Part shown: positions 51,459-61,790 of the stretch, in pieces
How positions within the stretch are numbered: the first letter of the stretch is position 1
How the letters are laid out: every line of letters begins with the position of its first letter
From: a bacterium
GTDB taxonomy: Bacteria; Bacteroidota; Ignavibacteria; UBA10030
Assembly: GCA_043803945.1 (NCBI GenBank)
Contig: JAZDJN010000087.1
Coordinates: forward strand, 64,001-128,000
Length of the DNA: 64,000 nt
Reading direction: 5' to 3'
Translations under genes and position numbers: made by a program
Notes under the pieces: model-generated
What the model was told of the DNA's origin: nothing
Databases searched by the model: none
The model's input: only the letters and a program-made list of their open reading frames with translations

Positions 51459-52355
51459 ATGGAACAACAAGAAAAACGAAAATCCTACCGCATCCTTCGA
51501 ACCATCCGCTCAACGGTTGCATTCTCGCTCGGCGGAATCCTTGCTAATAGTTACTTCAAAGTCTTCTCCACAAAGCAAATCTATGACGGCCCATTAAAGC
51601 AGGCATGCGTTCCCGGATTGAATTGTCATGCGTGTCCAACAGCATACATGTCCTGCCCGATCGGGATTATTCAGGCCGGTGCGGCGCAAGGGTGGATTCC
51701 CTTTTCAGTGATCGGATATCTGGGAACGATCGGTATGATTTTCGGCCGCTCGGTGTGCGGGTGGCTGTGTCCCTTCGGATGGTTGCAGGATCAGATGTTT
51801 AAAATAAAAAGTAAGAAGGTTAAGATTCCGGCCTTCCTCAAAAATGGTAACTATGTTTCCCTGGTTGTTCTTGCCATCATTCTTCCTGCGTTGACAGAAG
51901 CGCATTGGTTTTCGCGTATCTGCCCATGGGGAACAATGATTGCAGGCATCCCATGGGTGATATGGAATCCGGTCAATCCGATGATGGCCATGCCGGTCAT
52001 TGAACCGGGAATGGTCGGATGGCTGTATGCGATGAAGATTGTGATTCTGATGTTCTTCCTCATCATGTTTGTTTTGACCAAGCGGCCATTCTGCCGAACG
52101 CTTTGCCCGCTCGGCGCCATCTATGCGCAGTTCAACCGTGTAAGTTATATGAGAATGCAGGTTGAGGGACGCTGTGTCGGTTGCGATCTTTGCGTTGAGG
52201 TTTGTCCCGTTGATATCAAAATTTCTGACGATCCAAATTCTCCCGATTGTATTCGCTGTCTTAAATGTACTGTTTGTAAAAACGTTCACGTTCGATGGGG
52301 GCTAGGCCATGACCCAAGACCCGAAGTCTGTGCTCCAGCAGCTTCCCAAAGTTGA
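51459..52355 (+). CDS. Membrane 4Fe-4S binding protein (NapH/MauN/YccM-like)
   Basis: CVPGLNCHACP, CPIG, CGWLCPFG, FCRTLCPLG, CVGCDLCVEVCP, CIRCLKC, several TMs. Confidence 0.92.
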   Translation: MEQQEKRKSYRILRTIRSTVAFSLGGILANSYFKVFSTKQIYDGPLKQACVPGLNCHACPTAYMSCPIGIIQAGAAQGWIPFSVIGYLGTIGMIFGRSVCGWLCPFGWLQDQMFKIKSKKVKIPAFLKNGNYVSLVVLAIILPALTEAHWFSRICPWGTMIAGIPWVIWNPVNPMMAMPVIEPGMVGWLYAMKIVILMFFLIMFVLTKRPFCRTLCPLGAIYAQFNRVSYMRMQVEGRCVGCDLCVEVCPVDIKISDDPNSPDCIRCLKCTVCKNVHVRWGLGHDPRPEVCAPAASQS

Positions 52356-53727
52356 TAAGCTGCTGGAAGATTCTCGAATTGCCACACTCTTAGAGCACCA
52401 TTCTCGATCAAGAGTGGTGGAGGAAATTCGGAGCTATCTCGATAGCCTCCGATCGGAAATCCTCTCTGCATCAAGGACAACGCTCCCTGAATACGATGCG
52501 TTAGTGGAGCGATTCGTCCGGGATGCAGAGAAGAAACTCCTTCCCGGTTTGCGGCGCAGCATCAACGGAGCCGGCATTATTTTACACACCGCACTTGGCC
52601 GCGCACCGCTTGCATCCGTTGCACAACAAGCGCTGATGATCGCCGTTGACCATTACTCCACGCTTGCGATCAATCTCGAAACGGGAAAGAGGGGCGATCG
52701 CAATGCGGCAGTGGAGAAACTGCTCAAGGCCATCACCGGAGCAGAAGCGGCAGTCGTTGTCAACAATAACGCCGCGGCAACACTGTTGATCCTCAACACG
52801 CTGGCAGAAGGGAAAGAGGTGATCGTCTCCCGCGGTGAACTGGTCGAAATCGGTGGATCGTTTCGCATTCCCGATGTCATGAAGCGGAGTGGAGCAAAAC
52901 TTGTAGAGGTGGGCACAACTAATCGCACGCACCTGAAGGATTACAAAAATGCGATTACTCCAGAGGCCGGCATCATACTTAAAGTACACCAGAGTAATTA
53001 TCGCATCATCGGATTCACCAGTCAGGTTGAAGTCGGCGACCTTGCATCGCTTGCACATCAGCATAATCTCAAGGTTGTCGACGATATCGGCAGCGGAGCT
53101 CTTGTAGACTTCAGCCGCTGGGGATTGCCGAAAGAACCTGTGGTGCAGGAATCTGTTGCCGCCGGTGCCGACGTTACATGTTTTAGCGGCGACAAGCTCC
53201 TGGGTGGCCCACAGTGCGGCATTATCGTAGGCAAAAAGGAGGTAATCGAAAAAATTAAGGGCAACCAATTGATGCGAGCACTGCGCTGCGATAAACTCAC
53301 GTTTGCCGTGCTCGAGGCAACATTGCTGCTCTTTCTCGATGAGGCCAAACTGCTGAAGCGTCATCCCGTCATGAAAATGCTTACGATGCCGCAGGAGGAA
53401 ATCAAACGACGCTGTACCCGCCTCAAGCAGAAACTTGCCAGAGTTATCGGTGAACAAGCGACGATGTCGGTTCAGCAGGATTCTTCCGAAGTCGGCAGCG
53501 GCTCGCTGGCCGCAATGAACTTACCGACGTGGGTACTCTCTCTTGAATTTCATACGCTCTCTGCCGATCTGCTGGCAAAAAAACTCCGGCAATGCACCAT
53601 TCCCATCATCGGCAGAATCAAAGAGAACAAATTTTTGCTCGATGGAAGAACGATTCGTGACGATGAGTTCGAGTTGATCATGCAATCATTTCGTGAACTG
53701 GCAACTACGCTGCTCCCCCATGCCTGA
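52309..53727 (+). CDS. selA: L-seryl-tRNA(Sec) selenium transferase
   Basis: [62 protein letters not shown]. Confidence 0.98.
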   Translation: MTQDPKSVLQQLPKVDKLLEDSRIATLLEHHSRSRVVEEIRSYLDSLRSEILSASRTTLPEYDALVERFVRDAEKKLLPGLRRSINGAGIILHTALGRAPLASVAQQALMIAVDHYSTLAINLETGKRGDRNAAVEKLLKAITGAEAAVVVNNNAAATLLILNTLAEGKEVIVSRGELVEIGGSFRIPDVMKRSGAKLVEVGTTNRTHLKDYKNAITPEAGIILKVHQSNYRIIGFTSQVEVGDLASLAHQHNLKVVDDIGSGALVDFSRWGLPKEPVVQESVAAGADVTCFSGDKLLGGPQCGIIVGKKEVIEKIKGNQLMRALRCDKLTFAVLEATLLLFLDEAKLLKRHPVMKMLTMPQEEIKRRCTRLKQKLARVIGEQATMSVQQDSSEVGSGSLAAMNLPTWVLSLEFHTLSADLLAKKLRQCTIPIIGRIKENKFLLDGRTIRDDEFELIMQSFRELATTLLPHA

Positions 53728-55618
53728 AGCAGGAAACCGACATATCGTTCTCGGCATGGCGGGCCACATTGACCACGGGAAAACAGCACTTGTCAAAGCA
53801 TTGACCGGCACCGACACCGACCGCTTGAAGGAAGAAAAGGAACGAGGGATGACAACCGACCTCGGCTTCGCGTTCTTCGGCGACACCATGACGATTATCG
53901 ATGTGCCGGGCCATGAGAAATTCGTCAAGACCATGGTTGCCGGCGTCAATACTGTGGATATCGCCATGCTCGTCATCGCTGCTGATGACGGTATTATGCC
54001 GCAAACACGCGAACATCTCGAGATCCTTCGCCTGTTGCAGATTTCAAAGGGGCTTGTCGTTCTCAATAAAATCGACATCGTTGAACAAGAGTGGCTCGAC
54101 CTCATCACCGCCGATATCAGGGCATTGCTGAAAGGGAGTTTTCTGGAACATGCCCCCCTTGTATCCGTCAGTGCGCTGACGGGAAAAGGGATACAGAACC
54201 TTAAACGCGAACTTAATACGCTCGCAGGTTCTATTCAGGCAAGGAGAGACAAGGGAATCTTTCGTCTTCCTATTGACCGCGTATTCACTATTAAAGGTTT
54301 CGGCACTATCGTGGCCGGGACAGTCATATCCGGCAGCGTTCACGTCGACGATTCGGTGGAACTTCTCCCGCAGGGAAAAACTCTGAGAGTGCGCGGATTA
54401 CAGATCCACGAGCAGAATGTGTCAGAGAGCCGGATCGGTTTTCGTACGGCAATCAATCTGATGGGAATAGAAAAAGAATCCATTGAGCGGGGCGACGTAA
54501 TCGCGGCACCCGGTTTTTTCAAACCGACGTACATGATCGACGTACAATTTTCCTATCTGGCAGGGGCATTGCACGCACTTGAAAACCGTACACGTGTGCG
54601 CGTCCATATCGGCACCAGTGAAGTTATTGCCCGCATTATCTTACTGGATCGGGAAGCCTTTGAACCGGGCGCAGAGGGATTTGTACAAATCCATTTTGAG
54701 CAGCCAATTGTCGCAGATGCCGGCGATCGATTTGTCGTCCGAAGTTACTCTCTGCTGCAGACCATTGGCGGCGGTTCCGTTCTGGACACTCATCCGGAAA
54801 AACATAAACGATTCAAGGAGGAGGTCCAACACCGGCTGCAAACCATTGCACAGGGCGATACGGAACAGCACATCCTTGAGCATCTCATCCGGCTTGACAA
54901 TGCACTCGTCGATGGCAGCACATTGTCGAAAAACGCAAGCATCCCAATTGACACCTGTCTTCTCCATCTGCAAACCCTGGTGGAAAAGCAACAGGCCATC
55001 CGGTTTGGAGCGGAACAGTGGTATGCCGTTGCCAACCTTTCGATGCTGCGGAACCGTGTCTCGGAGATCCTGAAAAAATTCCACCGTGAACAGTCATTAC
55101 GAACCGGCATGCTGGTTGGAGAATTGCATTCACGAATCAAACCTCCCATTGAAAAGAAATTGTTCGATGCCGTTTGCCGTGCACTGCAGGCGGAGGGTAT
55201 GGTGCAATTTATCGGTGACCGTATTGCGCTCGCGGAATTTTCTATTCAACTGACACCTGAACAGAAGGAACTGAGGAAGAGGATCGAAAAAGAATTTGCT
55301 AAAACACCGCTTATGCCCCCAAATCCGGATGATCTTCTCCCTGGCCTTGGCAAAGAGAGCCAGCACATTTTTCAACTGATGATCGACGAGGGAGAGCTTG
55401 TCCGTCTTGACGAGGGGATTGTGATGCATAGAGAAGGGATTGAGTACGCGAAGAAAGAGATTACCACTTTTCTGAGCCAGAAGGACGCAGCGGCATTGGG
55501 CGAGATCAGGCAGCATCTGGGCATCACCAGAAAATATGCTCTTCCCCTGTTGCTCCATCTTGATACTTTGGGTATTACTGAGCGTGATGGGGATGTCCGA
55601 CGGCTTAAACAACGATAA
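53720..55618 (+). CDS. selB: Selenocysteine-specific elongation factor
   Basis: [28 protein letters not shown]-terminal winged-helix TRKYALPLL. Confidence 0.98.
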   Translation: MPEAGNRHIVLGMAGHIDHGKTALVKALTGTDTDRLKEEKERGMTTDLGFAFFGDTMTIIDVPGHEKFVKTMVAGVNTVDIAMLVIAADDGIMPQTREHLEILRLLQISKGLVVLNKIDIVEQEWLDLITADIRALLKGSFLEHAPLVSVSALTGKGIQNLKRELNTLAGSIQARRDKGIFRLPIDRVFTIKGFGTIVAGTVISGSVHVDDSVELLPQGKTLRVRGLQIHEQNVSESRIGFRTAINLMGIEKESIERGDVIAAPGFFKPTYMIDVQFSYLAGALHALENRTRVRVHIGTSEVIARIILLDREAFEPGAEGFVQIHFEQPIVADAGDRFVVRSYSLLQTIGGGSVLDTHPEKHKRFKEEVQHRLQTIAQGDTEQHILEHLIRLDNALVDGSTLSKNASIPIDTCLLHLQTLVEKQQAIRFGAEQWYAVANLSMLRNRVSEILKKFHREQSLRTGMLVGELHSRIKPPIEKKLFDAVCRALQAEGMVQFIGDRIALAEFSIQLTPEQKELRKRIEKEFAKTPLMPPNPDDLLPGLGKESQHIFQLMIDEGELVRLDEGIVMHREGIEYAKKEITTFLSQKDAAALGEIRQHLGITRKYALPLLLHLDTLGITERDGDVRRLKQR

Positions 55619-55655
55619 CACTATGCTCTGCTCCAGGAAAGGACGATTCATCAAC

Positions 55656-56927
55656 GTGGATCAAACATATCAGGGTTTGTTAAAGGAGATCGGCGTTAAT
55701 CTTGAGTTGCACGATCAGCTCATCGAGTACAACAATCGCAATCACGAACGCACGCACCGTTCGGCTAAGAACCGTCCGAATGAAATGGCATACTTTGATG
55801 AATCGTTTCATGCTTCGCATGGCAGCCGTGTTGCCGAAATCTATGAATACCGGAAACGGGGGGGCAAGTCGATTGGAACATTTTGCATCTATGTGCCTGA
55901 TGAAATTGCACTCGCGGCAAATGTTCTGCCGATCCCGTTGTGCGGCGGAAGCCACTGGTCTGTCGATTATGCCGATAAGATGCTGCCGCGGGATATTTGT
56001 CCACTGATTCGCTCCACGTTTGGTATGGCATTCAGCGGTACCTGCCCTTACAAGAAACTTAAGGATGGCGTGGTTGGAGAAACAACATGCGATGCGAAGA
56101 AGAAAACCTGGGACCTGATGAAGTTTGAGGTTATGGAAGTTCCTCAGAAAAAAAATGAGCGGGACAGGGAGTTATGGCGGGCAGAGGTTCGTGACTTCAC
56201 AACCTATGTCGAAAATCTTTCCGGTGTGAAAGTGACGCCGGAGCGCCTGAAAGAAACCATCGCTCTTGTGAACAGCAAACGGACAGCACTCCAGCGTGTC
56301 AATGAATACCGGAAGCTCCCCCATCCCCCGATTTCAGGACTCGATGCACTGCTTGTCTCACAGGTCGCATTGAATCAGGATATCAAGACGTTTGTCGATG
56401 GCTGCGAACGGCTGCTGGAAGAACTTCACGAACGGGTTGAGAAGGGAATATCGGCATTCTCGAACAGCGGGCCGCGAATTCTGCTTGCGGGGACACCTTC
56501 TCCCATGGGCAATGCAAAGGTACACTATGCCATTGAATCTTCCGGCATGCGAATTGTTGCCGATGAATCGTGCACCGGTATGCGGTACTTCAGAAACATC
56601 GTCGATGATACGCATGACAATCTCGACGACATGCTGGACGCAGTTGCCGACCGCTATTTCAATATCGATTGTTACTGTTTCTCGCCCAATAAAGAGCGGG
56701 TGGACAATATTCAGACGCTGGTTGAGGAGTACAGCGTCGACGGAGTGGTACAAAATATTCTTTCCTTCTGCCAGGGGTATAATGTTGAGGCAAAGGTGAT
56801 TGAAACGGCATTGGTGCAGAGGAAGATTCCATCGATTAAGATTGTCACCGACTATTCGTATGAAGACGTGGAGCAGTTAAGAGTGCGGCTTGAGTCTTTC
56901 CGCGAGATGATGGAGAGTAATTGTTGA
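55656..56927 (+). CDS. Double-cubane-cluster (DCCP)-type reductase, 2-hydroxyacyl-CoA dehydratase superfamily
   Basis: GTFCIYVPDE, LCGG, CPLIRS, CPY, ETTCDAKKK, DESCTG, IDCYCFSPN, FC; GTG start with AAGGA upstream. Confidence 0.85.
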   Translation: MDQTYQGLLKEIGVNLELHDQLIEYNNRNHERTHRSAKNRPNEMAYFDESFHASHGSRVAEIYEYRKRGGKSIGTFCIYVPDEIALAANVLPIPLCGGSHWSVDYADKMLPRDICPLIRSTFGMAFSGTCPYKKLKDGVVGETTCDAKKKTWDLMKFEVMEVPQKKNERDRELWRAEVRDFTTYVENLSGVKVTPERLKETIALVNSKRTALQRVNEYRKLPHPPISGLDALLVSQVALNQDIKTFVDGCERLLEELHERVEKGISAFSNSGPRILLAGTPSPMGNAKVHYAIESSGMRIVADESCTGMRYFRNIVDDTHDNLDDMLDAVADRYFNIDCYCFSPNKERVDNIQTLVEEYSVDGVVQNILSFCQGYNVEAKVIETALVQRKIPSIKIVTDYSYEDVEQLRVRLESFREMMESNC

Positions 56928-57218
56928 AACCATCCGGAGGTGACAATAAAGTTGAAGTGTCACGGTATGCCCGCCCCGTGTTTTTTTCGGGGGACCGTGA
57001 CACCCATAGGATAGCCAACACTCGGCAACACACTGGCAAAACGTGTCTCACCCGCGTAAGCGGGTGTCCAGTGCCTTACCTTCTATTTTGAACTTTCAAG
57101 AAAGGCTCTGGATTCCCCCGATACAAAGCATCGGGGCAGGCCGCGTTCGCGGGAATGACAATCTTTCTTTTCCCTCCTTATGAAGGGGAGGGATTTATTC
57201 ATCAACATAAACACTCTC

Positions 57219-58316
57219 ATGACACAAGAACAAGACAACACAGCGTCGAAGCCAAGTGGGCGGCAAATTCGCCTGATGAGCTTCAGCGCATGCGCCGGTT
57301 GAGCCGGCAAAGTGAGCCCGGCCAGGTTGGCCGGAATCCTTGACAAATTGCCGCGCGTCAAGTCGCCCGATCTTCTGGTCGACATGGAAACCATGGACGA
57401 CGCCGGTGTGCTACGCCTTTCTTCAGAACTGGCATTGGTGCAAACGCTCGATTTCTTCGAACCGATTGTCCATGATCCGAAAAGCTTCGGACGCATCGTG
57501 GCTGCCAACAGCCTTTCCGACATCTGGGCAATGGGGGGCACTGCATTGACAGCAATGAATATTCTTGCTTACCCCTCGAAGAAAATTTCCATCGATGTGA
57601 TCGAGGAACTGCTCATCGGCGCGTGCGAAAAACTGCAGGAGGCGAATGTCATTCTTGTCGGCGGACACACCATGGAGATGCAGGAGATTTTCTATGGCAT
57701 GAGCGTTACCGGCACAATCCATCCCGATCGTGTGCTCACCAATGCAAAAGCCCGGATTGGCGACAAGCTTCTTCTGACAAAACCGCTCGGTGTTGCCGTC
57801 TATTGCGAAGCGCTTCGCAACGACGGCCTGACGGGCGAACAATACAACGAAGTGATCGGAAGCATGGAGCGATTAAACCTCTATGCCTCACAGGTGCTGC
57901 AACGGTTCGATATCAGCGCTATGACCGATGTCACCGGCTTTGGATTACTCGGCCATGCACTGCCGATCGCCCGCAATGCAGGCGTTACGCTGGCAATAGC
58001 TGTCCATGATATACCTCATCTCTCCTCATTCTTTGATCTCATGCAGCAGTTTCTTCCAACACAAACATGGAAGAGCCATGAATATGTCAAGCCCTTTACA
58101 TGGAGAGATGAGCATATTTCAACAGATCAATATGCACTGCTGGGAGAAGCTCAGACATCAGGAGGATTGCTCGCGGCAATCAATCCCAAGCAAGCAAACG
58201 AAGCGCTGAGCGCATTACACGCTGCGGGAGATACAGCGGCAACGGTGATTGGAGAAGTAGTTGGACTTGTTAATACTTCAGAGGGACATCCGGTTTTTCT
58301 TCAGATTCTCCCCTAA
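57219..58316 (+). CDS. selD: Selenophosphate synthetase, selenocysteine-containing
   Basis: IRLMSFSACAG-U(TGA 57300-57302)-AGKV in frame with DDAGV, QTLDFF, AANSLSDIWAMGG, GGHT, TDVTGFGLLGH, QTSGGLL. Confidence 0.96.
57318..57334 (+). promoter_or_regulatory. SECIS-like element of selD
   Basis: CCGGCCA-GGT-TGGCCGG, perfect 7-bp stem; loop G 23 nt after the UGA. Confidence 0.85.
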
Positions 58317-58483
58317 GCATTGCCCTGTCACTTACCTTCCTCCTTTCCTGTCGCCATTTTTCCTGACTGATCTCCCGGCATTGAATTAACATAGACAACC
58401 AAGTTCGTATTCATAGTGCGGTCTTAACGTAACGGGAGTACAGTTACTTTCTCTCATCATCACACCTATTAAAGGAGATCACC

Positions 58484-59290
58484 TTGAAACAACTCAAGAA
58501 CATTACACTGAAGAATGTACAGGAGGTGTACAACGGAGCAGAAGGAGATCTTTGGGAGCTCGTTATGGGAGAACAAATCCATATCGGCGGATTCAGTTCT
58601 TCGATGGCGCTGGCAGAGAAAGCCGGAATTGGCGGCGGAATGCAGGGAGTCGATCTCTGCTGCTGCAATGGCGCAGGGATGCGTTTCCTTGTACGCTTCC
58701 GCGGTGTCGAAAAAATGACGGGTGTGGACGCAACCGAAACTGTTGTTAATCGGGGACGGATGCGCTGTGAGAAAGAGGGATTCACGGAGAAAATTCAATT
58801 CAATCTGGCTGACGTGACCGCCAGCGGTTTACCAAACGAATCGGCAGATTTTATCTGGGGTGAAGATGCCTGGTGCTATGTTGAAGACAAACCGAAATTG
58901 ATTTCCGAGGCTGCGCGTATTGTTAAACGAGGCGGCACTCTCGCGTTCACCGACTGGGTGGAAGGCCCGACCGGATTGACCGATGACGAAGCAAATCGAT
59001 TCCTGACGTTCATGAAGTTCCCAACACTTCCTTCCATTCAGGAATATGCCGATCTCTTGAAGAGTAATGGCTGCCAGGTGCTTGTTGCCGAAGATACCGG
59101 CCAATTTGCTCCCCATGTTGATCTGTATCTGGATATGCTCAACAAACAATTAACCTATGATGCTCTCAAAATCATTGGGTTCAATGTGAATCTGATGCAG
59201 GCGATGGGAGGAGAGATGATCTTTATGCAGGGATTAGCCCGTGCCGGGAAGATTGCCCAGGGCAGGTTTATCGCGAAAAAGAACTTTTGA
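58484..59290 (+). CDS. Class I SAM-dependent methyltransferase
   Basis: AAGGAG plus TTG start; HIGG, motif I VDLCCCNGAG, TGVDA, ADFIWGEDAWCY, KRGGTLAFTDW. Confidence 0.9.
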   Translation: MKQLKNITLKNVQEVYNGAEGDLWELVMGEQIHIGGFSSSMALAEKAGIGGGMQGVDLCCCNGAGMRFLVRFRGVEKMTGVDATETVVNRGRMRCEKEGFTEKIQFNLADVTASGLPNESADFIWGEDAWCYVEDKPKLISEAARIVKRGGTLAFTDWVEGPTGLTDDEANRFLTFMKFPTLPSIQEYADLLKSNGCQVLVAEDTGQFAPHVDLYLDMLNKQLTYDALKIIGFNVNLMQAMGGEMIFMQGLARAGKIAQGRFIAKKNF

Positions 59291-59297
59291 CCATCCT

Positions 59298-60275
59298 ATG
59301 AAAAAAAATCTCTACACAAGCCCTTTTATTCCTGCCGAATGGATTGCCGCACATGGCTTGCAGCCCTGCCGTGTCATCCCGGATTTCCAGGAGAACGAGG
59401 AGGAGTGTAATCCATCGCAAGGGATCTGCCGCCATATGTGGCAGTCAGTGCAGCAGGTCAACCGCGACACCGAAGCTGCCGGTTCAATTTTCACGACGAT
59501 CTGCGATCAGATGCGCCGCGCTCCGGAATGCCTCGATGCTTCCGCCTCCTCCCGTTCCTTTCTCTTCCACGTTCCAAAAACATGGCAATCATCTTCGTCA
59601 TTTGAATGGTACGTTGCCGAACTTCGGCGATTGGGTTCCTATCTGATCCAGCGTGGCGGCATCGAACCATCCGCAGATTACTTAAAGAACATTCTGCAGT
59701 CCTATGATAAAAACCGCAGGATACTTTTGTCTGTCAGGCCATACATGCCTGCGACCGCATACGCCGAACTTCTCTATCGTTTTTACACAACAGGAATAGT
59801 CGATTCTCCTCCGATCGACCGAGCTTATCGAGAGTTCGGAATTCCACTTGCACTGATCGGCGGACCCTTGGCACGAATCAACTGGTCGCTCATCAATGAA
59901 GTGGAAACTGCGGGTGGCACCATTGTTCTCGATGGCACTGAAAACGGTGAACGGACATTTCCCGCGCCGTTCGATCAAGCTCGATTATCGGAAAATCCAT
60001 TCCTCGAAATGGCGCATGCGTACTTCGATTTCATTCCCGATATTTTCCGCAGACCTAATGATGGCTTCTTCCACTGGCTTCACCGCGCTCTGTCAGCCCG
60101 GTCCATTCGCGGGGTCATTCTCATTCGAAACGTTTGGTGCGACCTCTGGCATGCAGAAGTGCAAAGGATCCGTGAGAGTATCCGGGAGCCTCTTCTTGAT
60201 CTCGACGTCGATGGCGGAGATGCATTCGCAAGAAACCAGACAAGAATTCAAGCCTTTCTTGAGTCCCTCCAATGA
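59298..60275 (+). CDS. 2-hydroxyacyl-CoA dehydratase family (HgdA/B-like) subunit
   Basis: PFIPAEWIAAHG, IC, TTICDQMRR, RGVI...WCDLW, TRIQAFLE. Confidence 0.85.
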   Translation: MKKNLYTSPFIPAEWIAAHGLQPCRVIPDFQENEEECNPSQGICRHMWQSVQQVNRDTEAAGSIFTTICDQMRRAPECLDASASSRSFLFHVPKTWQSSSSFEWYVAELRRLGSYLIQRGGIEPSADYLKNILQSYDKNRRILLSVRPYMPATAYAELLYRFYTTGIVDSPPIDRAYREFGIPLALIGGPLARINWSLINEVETAGGTIVLDGTENGERTFPAPFDQARLSENPFLEMAHAYFDFIPDIFRRPNDGFFHWLHRALSARSIRGVILIRNVWCDLWHAEVQRIRESIREPLLDLDVDGGDAFARNQTRIQAFLESLQ

Positions 60276-61684
60276 CCGAGCCTCCACAACAACTTACACT
60301 CCATCAGTGGGATTCCCGGTATGTTGAACTGACAGCCTTCGGGTGGTCTCCACGCTGGTACGACGGCCCGCTTTGCCGCCATGCCGAGGGGGGCGATACA
60401 CGCCTTCTCCGCCTCAGGTTCGATAATTCCACGGAAGCATTAACGCTCTGGAATTTTTTACTCACCGAGGAAGACCGGCTGAAACATTTTCGTGAACAGG
60501 GTGCTATTCTGATTGGGACGATGAAAGACCTTGGCACTGTACCGGTGATGGCATTTGCACTTCCGAATGTCGTTGCCTTCTACCCTGATGGTGCCTGGTG
60601 GATACCATGTGTTATGGAGATGTCAACGGGGCTTTTGGAGATTGCCGACTCTCTGGGAATCGATGAATCGTTCTGCCCCGTCCGTGCCATGCTCGGTGCG
60701 TTTGTTACACAGAAGCATTTTCCAATTCCGGATCAGCTCATTTGCAGTGTTGGCGCAACGTGTGATGATTTTTCTGCCATCGCACAGCGTCTGGAAGCCA
60801 TGGGGCATCCCATTATGTGGTGGGAAATTCCACATCGCAATCCGCCGCAAGAAGGAGAAGAAGCCGTTACACTTCCCGGAGGATTTCAAGCATCGCCGCC
60901 ACAATTGTCCTTCGTTAAACACGAGTTAGAAAGAGTCAAAGGTATTTTGGAATCCGCATCGGGATCTGTCCTTGACGATGAAATGCTCTCAGCCGGAATT
61001 CAACGGGCAAATACCGTACGGCGCTGTTTGAAAGAGTTGCGACATCTCACGTTTACTGCGCCGCTCTGTCCTATGCCCGCTCTCGAGATGCTCATCGCCG
61101 AGATGCTCGCCATTCATTTCTGTTCCGACAGAGATGAATCCCTGTTCGTTCTTGAGGGATTGTTGAACCGGGTCCGCCAGCGGATTGCTGATCGACAGGG
61201 ATATTTTGGCGAAGATGCTGCACGGATCTTTTGGGTTAATCCAGTTGCAGACCTTCGGGCGATGAACATTCTTGAACGGTGCGGGGGTCGCCTCTGCGGT
61301 ACGGAATATCTCTTCAGCCACGCATTGGATGAGATTCCAACCGGCATTGCCCCTCTTGAGGCATTAGCACAGATGGCTCTTGCGGATCCAATGGTTGGTT
61401 CAACGGCTGATCGAGCCGATCGCATTATCCGCGACATACAACTGTATGGCGCCGAGGGGCTCATCATTTCGCGGATTCCCGGTGCGAGCCATTGCGCCCT
61501 TGAAGGAAAGATTATTGCCCGGCAGGTTCAGGAAGCACTCAATCTTCCCGTTTTGGAAATAGAGGTGCCACCATTATCCGATGCATTTCGCCTGGCACTC
61601 AATACTCGTATTTCCGCACTGGTCGAAGTGATTCACGGCCGGAGGGCAAAGGAACTTTCGCTCCAATCTCGTTCTCTATCATGA
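60272..61684 (+). CDS. 2-hydroxyacyl-CoA dehydratase family (HgdA/B-like) subunit
   Basis: FCPVRA, ATCDD, GASHCALEG, LPVLEIE, TRISALVE; ATGA overlap with the previous gene. Confidence 0.85.
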   Translation: MTEPPQQLTLHQWDSRYVELTAFGWSPRWYDGPLCRHAEGGDTRLLRLRFDNSTEALTLWNFLLTEEDRLKHFREQGAILIGTMKDLGTVPVMAFALPNVVAFYPDGAWWIPCVMEMSTGLLEIADSLGIDESFCPVRAMLGAFVTQKHFPIPDQLICSVGATCDDFSAIAQRLEAMGHPIMWWEIPHRNPPQEGEEAVTLPGGFQASPPQLSFVKHELERVKGILESASGSVLDDEMLSAGIQRANTVRRCLKELRHLTFTAPLCPMPALEMLIAEMLAIHFCSDRDESLFVLEGLLNRVRQRIADRQGYFGEDAARIFWVNPVADLRAMNILERCGGRLCGTEYLFSHALDEIPTGIAPLEALAQMALADPMVGSTADRADRIIRDIQLYGAEGLIISRIPGASHCALEGKIIARQVQEALNLPVLEIEVPPLSDAFRLALNTRISALVEVIHGRRAKELSLQSRSLS

Positions 61685-61790
61685 AGTCCATAGCAATGGC
61701 ACGACCGGCGGGAAAATGGCAAAGAGCAGCAGCTTAGAGAACGAATGCCATTATCGGGTGAGGTCGTATACGGTGAGCTCTTATTCTCGC

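Noticed and set aside
52353-52358. TGA ending the 4Fe-4S protein as Sec
   Set aside because: Immediately followed by TAA and inside selA; no hairpin
56922-57014. DCCP gene ends ...SNC-TGA; possible C-terminal Cys-Sec readthrough
   Set aside because: The family alignment is complete before the stop, there is no tight GGT-loop hairpin like the two convincing SECIS elements, and readthrough would translate a palindromic repeat
50990-58480. tRNA-Sec (selC) in the island's intergenic gaps
   Set aside because: No TCA anticodon arm or T-arm motif found by eye; the hairpins there look REP-like
61697-61712. TGGCACG as a sigma54 promoter
   Set aside because: No TTGC at the -12 position
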